A DNA stretch of 64,000 bases from Terriglobia bacterium (GTDB lineage: Bacteria > Acidobacteriota > Terriglobia > 20CM-2-55-15). The stretch covers positions 416,001 through 480,000 of the forward strand of contig CBDAOY010000009.1 of the NCBI GenBank assembly GCA_965198225.1, given 5' to 3'. The translations under genes were made by a program, and so were the position numbers. Below the pieces are notes generated by a model. It did not search any database and had not been told where the DNA came from. It saw only the letters and a program-made list of their open reading frames with translations. Positions 55,716 through 64,000 of the stretch are shown piece by piece; position 1 is the first letter of the stretch, and the number at the start of each line of letters is the position of its first letter.

Positions 55716-56210
55716 ATGACGCGCTGTTTTCTCGCCCTCGGTTCGAATCTCGGTGACCGCCAGGCCCACCTGCGGGCGGCGATCGATGAGCTTCCCCGCC
55801 GCGGGGTCCGTCTCGTCCGGGGCGCGTCGATATACTCCACTGAACCCAAGGAAATGCACGCCCAACCCTTGTTCCTCAACACGGTCGTGGAAGTGCTGAC
55901 CGAGCTCGGTCCTGAAGCGCTTCTGGTTGTTTGCCTCGACATCGAGAAATCTCGAAAGCGAACCCGTCAGGAAACCAACGGTCCCCGGACGCTGGACATC
56001 GACATCATCCTCTTCGGTGACCGCGTCCATCAAAGCGAGGCGGTAACGATTCCCCACCCGCGCTACACCGCCCGCCGGTTCGTCCTCGAGCCCCTGGCCG
56101 AGATTGCGCCCGACGTCATCGATCCGGCGCGGAACCAGCCTGTATCAGAGATCTTCGACCAGGCGCGAGACAGCGCGTCGGTCGAGCGCTGCGCTCCGCC
56201 CCTCTTCTAA
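55716..56210 (+). CDS. folK: 2-amino-4-hydroxy-6-hydroxymethyldihydropteridine pyrophosphokinase
   Basis: LALGSNLGDR, GPRTLDIDII, IPHPR..FVLEPLAEI. Confidence 0.95.
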   Translation: MTRCFLALGSNLGDRQAHLRAAIDELPRRGVRLVRGASIYSTEPKEMHAQPLFLNTVVEVLTELGPEALLVVCLDIEKSRKRTRQETNGPRTLDIDIILFGDRVHQSEAVTIPHPRYTARRFVLEPLAEIAPDVIDPARNQPVSEIFDQARDSASVERCAPPLF

Positions 56211-56380
56211 CTAGTGACCTGTAACAGTGCTATCGGTACCCTTCGGGCCGATGGGGGTTGCGGGCGATCTCTTTGTCGGAAGCCGTCACCGATGAAAGAG
56301 CATCGCTTTCCGTCTCCCTCCTCGACCTCGCCCGCAAGACCCATCGGCGATGGTACCGATAGCACTGTTACAGACTATAG
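56211..56380. mobile_element. MITE family A variant
   Basis: CTAG start; 21-bp IR TGTAACAGTGCTATCGGTACC / GGTACCGATAGCACTGTTACA. Confidence 0.75.
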
Positions 56381-56529
56381 CCGGGGCTCTGCCCCGGACC
56401 CCGGCTCCTTCGCTTGCGCGGCGGCGCCGTTGGCGCCTGGCCCGTTATGCAGGTACCGGTACAAAATTCTCGTTTCGGCAGGCATAACGGGCTACGGCAT
56501 CGAGACGCTGGTTCAAGCGCCCGATTGTA

Positions 56530-57396
56530 TCAGAGGCTGCGGGTCGGGCTTGCGGAGTCCAGCTGATCCGATCGCAGAGTTCGCCTCAGGAGAACGAGTC
56601 CGAAGAGGGTGAGGAGGAGGCCGGTCAGATTCATCCACAATGGCTGAAACTCCACCGACTCCCCGATCTTGTTGAAACCTCGGATCTCGATGTCGAGCAC
56701 GCCAAGGACGAGGGGCCAGCCGTTGGCGACCGCGTGACCGATCAAACCCGGGACGAGAGTGCCGGTACGGACCACAAGCCAGCCGAATAGCAAGCCGAGC
56801 ACGAGCGCGCCGGCAAACTGCCAGGGGTTCAGGTGGAATACGGCAAAGAGAAGAGCAGACCAGAAGATGGCTTTCCGAGCCGAATAGCGGGCCCGGAAAC
56901 CCTGAAGAATCAACCCACGAAACAGGAATTCTTCGGTTACCGGCGCAACGAGCACGAGAACGAACAATGCTCCGGCGACATTACCGCTGCCAAGACCCCG
57001 GAACAACTCCGTCAGTCCCTGCGGGGCAGGCAGGACGGTCTGCAGCGCGTTGTCCAGATCCGACAGCAGGATGGTCAGCCCCACCGTGGCCGATGCGAGG
57101 GGAAACAGCAGCGGCTGGCGGATTCTGTGAAGAGGAAAGACAACCGCGGGCAAAAGACCCTTTATCTTGACGCGCCATAAGACAACCAGCCCGATCGAGA
57201 ACAGGTTCGTGCCGCCGAAAACGAAAGGATTTCGGGAGGTTTGCGGGCCGGCAAGGGAAAGCACCGAGACCTGGATCAATATGCCTGCTGCGAAGACGAG
57301 AGCCAGGATCCAAACGGCCTCACCGATTGTCGGATACGGGTCCGGCAGGGGCGGATCGGGAACGGGTTCGTGCGCACCTGTGTCTGGTTCAGGCAT
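56530..57396 (-). CDS. CPBP (CAAX/Abi) intramembrane metalloprotease
   Basis: APVTEEFLFRG, FAVFHLNP, GHAVAN. Confidence 0.9.
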   Translation of the reverse strand: MPEPDTGAHEPVPDPPLPDPYPTIGEAVWILALVFAAGILIQVSVLSLAGPQTSRNPFVFGGTNLFSIGLVVLWRVKIKGLLPAVVFPLHRIRQPLLFPLASATVGLTILLSDLDNALQTVLPAPQGLTELFRGLGSGNVAGALFVLVLVAPVTEEFLFRGLILQGFRARYSARKAIFWSALLFAVFHLNPWQFAGALVLGLLFGWLVVRTGTLVPGLIGHAVANGWPLVLGVLDIEIRGFNKIGESVEFQPLWMNLTGLLLTLFGLVLLRRTLRSDQLDSASPTRSL

Positions 57397-57443
57397 GACC
57401 TGGATGGACGCTCTCCTGAGACCGTCGACGGTTCAAGACGGTC

Positions 57444-58709
57444 TCAATCGGTGTTCCTACCCCGGGTGTCCGGGAACAGAAACAGGCAGATCCCCGTCAG
57501 CAAGTACATCACGGCTGTCGCCTGAAAAGCGGCGGTGAACCCATACATGTCCACGAGCTTACCGATTGTGTAAGGCGCCAGCGCACTGACACCCCGGCCG
57601 ATGTTGTAGGTGAATCCCTGTGCGGTTGCCCGGATGTGAGTCGGGAACAGCTCGCCGGTGATGATGCCGAAACCGGCAAAATGCCCGGCGCCGAAGAAGC
57701 CGATCAGCGGTCCTATCAACAACAGGGCCATGGGGTCGCGCGTGGCGCTGTATATCGGGACCAAAGCGGCCGCGAGAAACACGTAGCTGATGTAGATCTT
57801 CTTACGGCTGAAGCGGTCGGCAAGCGTACCGAAGGTGAGGTAGCCGGCAAAACTACCCGTGTGCATGACGAGCAGAAACATGTTGAACTGAAAGTTGCCC
57901 AGCCCCGCACCTCCCTGTTCGACCGACAGCGACAGGAGCGGCGGAATCCACAGAAACAGCCCCCAGCTGGCGAACATCGCGCAGATGCTGACCATCGAGG
58001 AGACGACTACCGAGCGGCGGATGCCCGGCTTCCAGAGCTGTCCCAACGAGGGCGCGTCTCGCTTCGCGGCGGCGATTTCCTGGCGCGTTTTCAGCCATTC
58101 GGCCGGCTCCTCGACGTTCCGGCGGATCCACAGCGTGAACAGGGCCGGGATGACCCCCACGAAAAAGACGGCCCGCCAGCCCCATAGCGGCAGGACCAGA
58201 GCCGCCGCAATCGCCGCGAGCCCGTAGCCAACGGCAAAGCCGCTCTGCATGATGCCGAAGGCTTTTCCCCGATGCTTTGCCGGCCAGGTTTCCGAAATCA
58301 GCGCCGCGCCGGTGCTCCACTCGCCGCCGACACCAAGTCCCAGGATGATGCGGAAGATCGCCAGCTGCGTGATGGTTTGAGAAAAGCCACAGGCCGCGGT
58401 GAAGATCGAATAGACCAGGATGCTCATCATCATCGCCCGGACACGGCCCAGCCGGTCCGCGATGAGCCCGAAGGCGACACCTCCGATCGCCGACGACATC
58501 AGCGTCAGGGAGTTGAGGAAGCCTGCCATCGCAAAACTCATCCCGAAGTGCTCGACGAGGTGGCCGATGACGATCGCGTAAAGAAGGACGTCCATGCTGT
58601 CCAGAACCCACCCGAGCGTCGCCGCGATCAAAGCCTTCCGCTGAGGTGACGAGATTTCACGCCACCAAGGCTCGGGGGAAGTATCTGGAATTGTGGCAGA
58701 TTGGCTCAT
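57444..58709 (-). CDS. MFS transporter (aromatic acid/sialate-type)
   Basis: GWVLDSMD, ADRLGRV, GLGVGGEW, ELFPTHIRAT. Confidence 0.92.
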   Translation of the reverse strand: MSQSATIPDTSPEPWWREISSPQRKALIAATLGWVLDSMDVLLYAIVIGHLVEHFGMSFAMAGFLNSLTLMSSAIGGVAFGLIADRLGRVRAMMMSILVYSIFTAACGFSQTITQLAIFRIILGLGVGGEWSTGAALISETWPAKHRGKAFGIMQSGFAVGYGLAAIAAALVLPLWGWRAVFFVGVIPALFTLWIRRNVEEPAEWLKTRQEIAAAKRDAPSLGQLWKPGIRRSVVVSSMVSICAMFASWGLFLWIPPLLSLSVEQGGAGLGNFQFNMFLLVMHTGSFAGYLTFGTLADRFSRKKIYISYVFLAAALVPIYSATRDPMALLLIGPLIGFFGAGHFAGFGIITGELFPTHIRATAQGFTYNIGRGVSALAPYTIGKLVDMYGFTAAFQATAVMYLLTGICLFLFPDTRGRNTD

Positions 58710-59077
58710 TCAGGAGCTTTCTTCTATCACCGTTTGGGTATCTGAGGAAGGAGTTTCCCGGAGAGATGATCGGTAGCCAGCCTTGCCAAGCCCCAGCCGT
58801 CTTGGGCCAGGACGCATGGGGGTTCGATTCGACCTTCGGCCATCGGTGCATCTCGGGAATAGTACCGACTGTACCCATAAAGAACATTGGTGTGAAAGGT
58901 TACAGGGATCCGCTTTCGGTGAGGCAGAAGATCGACCCAATCGGGCCAGGGATCTTCAGAATATCGGTAAATGTAACAACGGATGAGAGTTGGGCCAATC
59001 AAACAGCCACTGGGACGATAGCGCCCCCGATCCGCACAACGGAGGGCACAACGGCCTTCGGCCTATGGACAAGTGCC

Positions 59078-60511
59078 TCAATCCGCAAACCCGTACGAGT
59101 CGGTGTAGTGATCCAACCCCATCGAGCGCGACTCCCGGCTGAAACCGCTCTGTTTGAGGCCGGGAAACTCCACGTGAAGATCCTGGAAGATACCGTGGTT
59201 GTTGTGAAAGACCGCCCCGACGTGGATTCGATCGGCAAGGTTTTCAGCTCGGGTCCGGTTCGAAGTCCACACCGAAGCCCGCAAGCCGTACGGGGTGTCG
59301 TTCGACCACTCGACCGCCTGGTTCTCGTCCTTGAAAGGAACAATTGGGATCACCGGTCCGAATTGTTCACAGCCAACCAGCGAATCACCGTGGGCGGCTC
59401 CGGCGATGATGGAGGGCAGCATGAAATAGCCCTCCTTCCAGGAGTCGGGATCGAGTTTCCGTCCCAGAGTACGGACGTCGCTCCCGACTGCGCGGGCTTC
59501 GTCGATCAGGCCGCTGACGAAATCGAACTGGGGTTTGTTGTTCAGCGGTCCCATCGTGGTCTCGTTCCGAAGAGGGTCGCCGACGATGGTTCGCTCGAAC
59601 GATGCCATGAGCTTCTCGAGCAGTTCCTCCTCACGCGACTCTTGAACGTAGATTCGTTTGATGGCCACGCAGACCTGGCCGGTGGCTCGCAGGATTGCGC
59701 GCGTCATCAGGTCGATGGCGGATTCATCGAGGACGGCATCGTCGAGCACGACCGCGGGGTCGTTTCCGCCGAGTTCCAGAAAGAGTTTTTTTACCGTTGG
59801 CGCGGCGGTTTCGATGATGCGTTGGCCGGTTTCCGTGCCTCCGGTGAAGGCGACGGTCGAAACCCGCGTGTCGCGGACGAGAGCCTCACCAAGAGTGCTG
59901 CCCGCTCCGGTCACCAGGTTCAAAACGCCCGCGGGGAAATACGACTGGATGATCCGGAGGCATTCCATGACCGTCAGCGGGCAATAGCTGGCCGGTTTGA
60001 CGACGACAGTGTTTCCGCCGCCAACGGCAGGCACGAAGCGCCGAAAGCTTAGCAGGACCGGCGAATTCCATGGCGAGATGACCGCCGTCACGCCGCGCGG
60101 ACGCCTCCGCTGCCACACCGGCTGCCCCGGTTCGATCAGCTCCGGTGCGCTCCAGCCGGGAAGGTCCCGGGCGACAATTTCCATCATCTCGATCGATCGC
60201 CGGATATCCCGTTCGGCTTCGGCGAGCGGCTTCCCGTTCTCTCGCGCGAACAGAGGGATGAGGTCGGGCAGCGATGCCGCTAAAGCGGCGGCTGCTGACG
60301 TCAGCCGGGCAGCCCGATCGGTAGCACTGAATCGCGACCATTTGTCGAAGGCCGAAGCCGCAGCTTCCAGGGCCCGATCCAGCTCCTCGTTGCCGCAAAG
60401 GCCGACCTCGCCGACCGTCTCGACATTCCGCGCGGGGTTGATGACCGGCCTCGTCCGGGCGACGTCGATCCAGTCACCGTCGATCAGAACTTTGCCGGAT
60501 GTCGCTGTCAT
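59078..60511 (-). CDS. Aldehyde dehydrogenase family protein
   Basis: ISPWN, FTGG, LELGGND, GQVC, EQFGP. Confidence 0.93.
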   Translation of the reverse strand: MTATSGKVLIDGDWIDVARTRPVINPARNVETVGEVGLCGNEELDRALEAAASAFDKWSRFSATDRAARLTSAAAALAASLPDLIPLFARENGKPLAEAERDIRRSIEMMEIVARDLPGWSAPELIEPGQPVWQRRRPRGVTAVISPWNSPVLLSFRRFVPAVGGGNTVVVKPASYCPLTVMECLRIIQSYFPAGVLNLVTGAGSTLGEALVRDTRVSTVAFTGGTETGQRIIETAAPTVKKLFLELGGNDPAVVLDDAVLDESAIDLMTRAILRATGQVCVAIKRIYVQESREEELLEKLMASFERTIVGDPLRNETTMGPLNNKPQFDFVSGLIDEARAVGSDVRTLGRKLDPDSWKEGYFMLPSIIAGAAHGDSLVGCEQFGPVIPIVPFKDENQAVEWSNDTPYGLRASVWTSNRTRAENLADRIHVGAVFHNNHGIFQDLHVEFPGLKQSGFSRESRSMGLDHYTDSYGFAD

Positions 60512-60515
60512 CGTT

Positions 60516-62183
60516 TCAATCGTGAGGTTGCAGCACGCCGCCTGCCCCCGGGGGGCCACTGAAAGGTTTAGCCATCGGCCCGATGGCGTTGGAGTCAACC
60601 ACGATCAATCGTGCCTCCCGGGCGGCGATCGCCTCCCCTAGCTGGGCTCCCAACGCGTTCGCGCTTGCGACCCTGTGGGTCGGTATGCCGAAGGCCCCTC
60701 CGAGCTGGACGAAGTCCGGAGTCCAGAGATCCGCCCCGATCCTCCGCCCATCGAGGTACTGGTCTTGGATGTTGCGGATCACGCCGTAACCGGAATCATC
60801 GTAGAGGACGATCACGACCGGCAAGCGTTCTTCCCGGACAGTGGCGAGGTCCCCGACCTTGAGAAGGAAGCCGCCGTCTCCGCAGAAGAGAACCACCGGA
60901 CTGTCGGGTGCCGCGATCTGTGCGCCGGTCGCCATCGACAGGCCCTGCCCGATCCCCCCTCCCGAAGCGTGCACCGAGGTTCGCGGCCGGAGGATCTCGA
61001 TCAGCCGGTTGCCCCAGCTTGTGTTCGGAATCGTGATGTCCCGGACGACGATCGCCTCCTCGGGTATGGCGTCACGGACGGCATCCAGCACCGTCTCCCA
61101 GGGCCCGAGGGTATCGCGCAGCCGTTGCCGAACCGCGGTTCGGACCGCTTCCACTTTTTCACGAAAATCGGGCTTCGCAGCCGCAGTCCTGCGGCCAAGG
61201 GCTTTGACGAGTGCCGGCAGGAGGGTTGCCGCGTCGCCGACGAGGCTTTCCGAGTGGGGGAAGTTGCGGTTGATCGCGGCGGCATCGACATCGATGCCGA
61301 TGTGTTCGGCCGGGACCTTCATCGCCCAGTTCGATGTCTCGTTTCCCCTGAACCGGACCCCGACGCTGAGCAGGAGATCGGATGACGCGAGCAGCTCCTT
61401 GACTTCCGGATAAGTCGCAAAGTGACCGATACATAGCGGATGGTCCTCGGAGATCGCCCCACGTCCGGCCTGGCTCGTGATGACCCCCGCGTCGAGCGAC
61501 TCGGCCAGCTTCCGCAGCGAAGGCGCCACGTCGGCCCGGATGACCCCGCCGCCCGCCCAGATGAGCGGGCGCCTGGCTGTGACCAGTTTTTCGACCACGG
61601 CCTGCATTTGCTCCGGTTCCGGGACGCGCTGCGGGCGCCGGGACCACACGAGTTTGGAACGTTCGACGATCTGGGCCTGGAAATCGACCGGAATCTCCAC
61701 GCTGACGGGTCCGGAAGGCGGGTCGAGCGCCCGCGAGATCGCCGTTCGAACGATGGTGAGAGCCTGAGGCGCCCGACGAACGCGGAACGCCTGTTTGCTC
61801 AGGGCTTCGAGCATGGGCAACTGGCCTTCGAACTCATGAATGTAGCCCCGGCCCGAATCGATGAAGGCCGAATCCACCTGTCCGGTGATGTGGAGGAGGG
61901 GCGATCCGGCCGTGGCTGCCTCGATGAGGGCGCCCGCACCGTTCCCTGCCCCGGTGCCGGTGCTTGTGAGTACGACGCCCAGCCCGCCTGAAACTCGAGC
62001 GTATGCGTCGGCCATGTTGACGGCACCGCCCTCGCTTCGGGCCGTCACGACCCGGAACCCCCCGTGGCGGTGCAGCGCATCGTAGATGGGAAGGTTGTGG
62101 ATGCTGGTGATGCCGAAGACGACGTCCACACCGACTGCCTCCAGGTCCGAAATGATCGCGTCGCTGACGGTGGGTCGAAACAT
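60516..62183 (-). CDS. Thiamine pyrophosphate-dependent enzyme (acetolactate synthase-like)
   Basis: SEGGAVNMADAYAR, GDGG TPP motif. Confidence 0.92.
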   Translation of the reverse strand: MFRPTVSDAIISDLEAVGVDVVFGITSIHNLPIYDALHRHGGFRVVTARSEGGAVNMADAYARVSGGLGVVLTSTGTGAGNGAGALIEAATAGSPLLHITGQVDSAFIDSGRGYIHEFEGQLPMLEALSKQAFRVRRAPQALTIVRTAISRALDPPSGPVSVEIPVDFQAQIVERSKLVWSRRPQRVPEPEQMQAVVEKLVTARRPLIWAGGGVIRADVAPSLRKLAESLDAGVITSQAGRGAISEDHPLCIGHFATYPEVKELLASSDLLLSVGVRFRGNETSNWAMKVPAEHIGIDVDAAAINRNFPHSESLVGDAATLLPALVKALGRRTAAAKPDFREKVEAVRTAVRQRLRDTLGPWETVLDAVRDAIPEEAIVVRDITIPNTSWGNRLIEILRPRTSVHASGGGIGQGLSMATGAQIAAPDSPVVLFCGDGGFLLKVGDLATVREERLPVVIVLYDDSGYGVIRNIQDQYLDGRRIGADLWTPDFVQLGGAFGIPTHRVASANALGAQLGEAIAAREARLIVVDSNAIGPMAKPFSGPPGAGGVLQPHD

Positions 62184-62195
62184 CGTCGGAAGTGC

Positions 62196-62990
62196 TCAAG
62201 AGTGCGACAGACAGAAGTCGCGCACCAGTGCGTTGAAGATCACGGGTTTTTCCTGGTAGCAAAGATGTCCGGCGTCGGGGATGACCTCGAAACGCGCGTC
62301 CGGCAACAGTTTCCCCATCGCCTCCATTTCAGAGAGTGGAATCACACGATCCTGGGCCGCCCAGACGAGCAGCGTCGGAACAGAGACCTCGCGGAGAATG
62401 TCGCGTTCGTCGGCCTCCGCCAGCGCGGCAGCCGCAAAGCGGTACCCTGAAGGACGGACCTGAGCCATGATCGAAACAGCTTCCTCCAGGACGTCGTTCG
62501 GAACGTCGGTCGAAAGCAGTTCGGGGCTTCGTTCCGCCGCCAGCCCTTCCGGACCGAGCCTTTCGATCATCTCCAGTCTCCTGACCAGTTTTTCCTTCCG
62601 GAGCGTCGCTTCTTCGGCGCCGCCGCCGCGGGACGTGTCCGCCAGTATCAACGTCCTGACGATGTCCGGGCGGGTCCTGTAGGTTTCCTGGGCGATGATC
62701 CCACCCAAGGAATGCCCCAGCAGATGCACGGGACCCAGCTTCAGCGCGTCGAGCCAAGCGGCGACACAGCCCGCGTATTCTTCCATGTTCGGGACTTCGG
62801 AAACCGTATCCGAGGATAGCCCGTACCCCGGCGCATCCCACGCGAGGACCGTGAAGTCGGCGGCCAAACCCGCCAGCTGCCGCTTCCATGAAAGGCGGTT
62901 GGACCCGATACCGTGGAGCAATACCAGCGCCGGCCCCTCCCCTGCGATCTCATAGGTGAGGATGTGTCGGTCCAGCGCAACCGATGCCAC
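62196..62990 (-). CDS. Alpha/beta fold hydrolase
   Basis: LLHGIGS, WDAPGYG, GHSLGG, AGHLCY; GTG start abutting the upstream stop. Confidence 0.9.
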   Translation of the reverse strand: MASVALDRHILTYEIAGEGPALVLLHGIGSNRLSWKRQLAGLAADFTVLAWDAPGYGLSSDTVSEVPNMEEYAGCVAAWLDALKLGPVHLLGHSLGGIIAQETYRTRPDIVRTLILADTSRGGGAEEATLRKEKLVRRLEMIERLGPEGLAAERSPELLSTDVPNDVLEEAVSIMAQVRPSGYRFAAAALAEADERDILREVSVPTLLVWAAQDRVIPLSEMEAMGKLLPDARFEVIPDAGHLCYQEKPVIFNALVRDFCLSHS

Positions 62991-64000
62991 TACTGCCTTG
63001 CTCCGGCATCGTGGACGGCATCCCCGTTGCCCGACGCTCTGGCGGCCGCACAGTCCCGCAGGAAACGTCGGAACTCGTTGACGCCCCGGTCGGAGTTGGC
63101 CAGATGTTCGGCAACACGCGATCGAATGCCCCGCTGCGATTTGAGGATGACCCGGTCCTGGTCGATGACCCACGCGTGCTGGCGCTCCCAGAAGTATCGG
63201 TACATGAGCCGCCAGTAGGCCTTCTTCAGGCCGGAGAGCTGGCGGTACCGAAGGAAGTAGACCAGAGAGGACTCCCCATCGATCGGCGTGACCATTCCAA
63301 CGATGCGCAGGATACCCTTCGGGCCCCACGGCAGAGGGATGTCGAGGCGGACCCATAGAGTTCCCGACCAGTAGAACTCCGCCCAATCGAAGTTCACGCC
63401 CCTCTGGCCGGTCCGTTCGACCTTGAATCCGTCATCGTTGCGGATCACGCGCATGTCGTCGGCGAGCTCGCCGCGGCGCAGGGTGAACGACTTCCCATGA
63501 AGGAACGGACCGTGCATCGGGTCGGCCAGATTTTCGAGGATCAGGATCCAGTTCACGTCCCAGACCACCTCGCAGATGAACCCGCTCCATCCTGGGGCTT
63601 CGAGCTCCTCCGGGATCACGAGAGCCGGCACCGGTGCCGCATGATCCGCGGCAAAGTAAGCCCACACAAGGCCGGCGCGTTCCTGGCTGTCGTAGGTCTG
63701 AAGTCGTAACCGCGGAGCAAGGGATTCGTTCGCGTTGCGGCTGGTTGGGATTTGAACGCAGCGACCGGCACCGTCGTAACTCCAGCCGTGGTAGCCACAA
63801 CTCAGGATCTCACCGGAGATGTCGCCTTCGCTGAGCCTGGCGCCTCGGTGCAGGCATGTGTCGTCCTGCACATGGATCTCGCCGGAAGACTCGCGCCAGA
63901 CAACGACATCGATTCCCAGCCGGGACAGTCCGAGCGGTTTGTTCCCGACGTCGGCGGACTTGCAGATCGGACACCAGAGGTCGGTTATCCCGTCTCGAAG
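62990..64000 (-). CDS. Rieske non-heme iron oxygenase alpha subunit (5' end beyond window)
   Basis: CLHRG..CGYHGW Rieske motif; ENLADPMHGPFLH mononuclear Fe motif. Confidence 0.93.
   Translation of the reverse strand, partial: LRDGITDLWCPICKSADVGNKPLGLSRLGIDVVVWRESSGEIHVQDDTCLHRGARLSEGDISGEILSCGYHGWSYDGAGRCVQIPTSRNANESLAPRLRLQTYDSQERAGLVWAYFAADHAAPVPALVIPEELEAPGWSGFICEVVWDVNWILILENLADPMHGPFLHGKSFTLRRGELADDMRVIRNDDGFKVERTGQRGVNFDWAEFYWSGTLWVRLDIPLPWGPKGILRIVGMVTPIDGESSLVYFLRYRQLSGLKKAYWRLMYRYFWERQHAWVIDQDRVILKSQRGIRSRVAEHLANSDRGVNEFRRFLRDCAAARASGNGDAVHDAGARQ

Noticed and set aside
56440-56492. 11-bp inverted repeat GCCCGTTATGC as another MITE
   Set aside because: Single short copy in the window; cannot be distinguished from a terminator hairpin.
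58800-58845. tRNA-like GGTTCGATTC motif
   Set aside because: The T-stem does not pair and there is no cloverleaf or anticodon arm.
58727-59002. 91-aa ORF between ALDH and MFS
   Set aside because: Weak start, no RBS or motif; treated as intergenic.

Overview
GC-rich bacterial chromosome segment spanning the replication origin. The gene set (split atp operon, parA-parB-bactofilin, futalosine mqn genes) suggests an Acidobacteriota-like organism, which is an inference. Left part, minus strand: atpA(partial)-atpH-atpF-atpF', a UGA/selenocysteine selD, bactofilin, parBA with parS, rsmG, mnmG, mnmE, yidC, yidD, rnpA, rpmH. Then dnaA-oriC-dnaN-gyrB-gyrA on the plus strand. The rest is housekeeping and accessory enzymes (penicillin acylase family, mqnA/mqnC, gmhA, uvrA, greA/B, ABC-F, S41 protease, ruvX, mltG, rfbC, folK, MFS), ending in part of a Rieske-oxygenase catabolic cluster. 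The most striking region is 38.9-44.7 kb. It holds a nested REP/MITE stack, a complete IS256 and a group II twintron. In the twintron an ORF-less IIB-like intron sits inside an RT-encoding class C (IIC) intron, exactly in the host's conserved domain III AUAGU|AC motif, with a matching EBS1. Several CTAG-associated MITE families, one insertion-disrupted gene and a doubly frameshifted gene are also present. All calls were made by eye, with no database searches.
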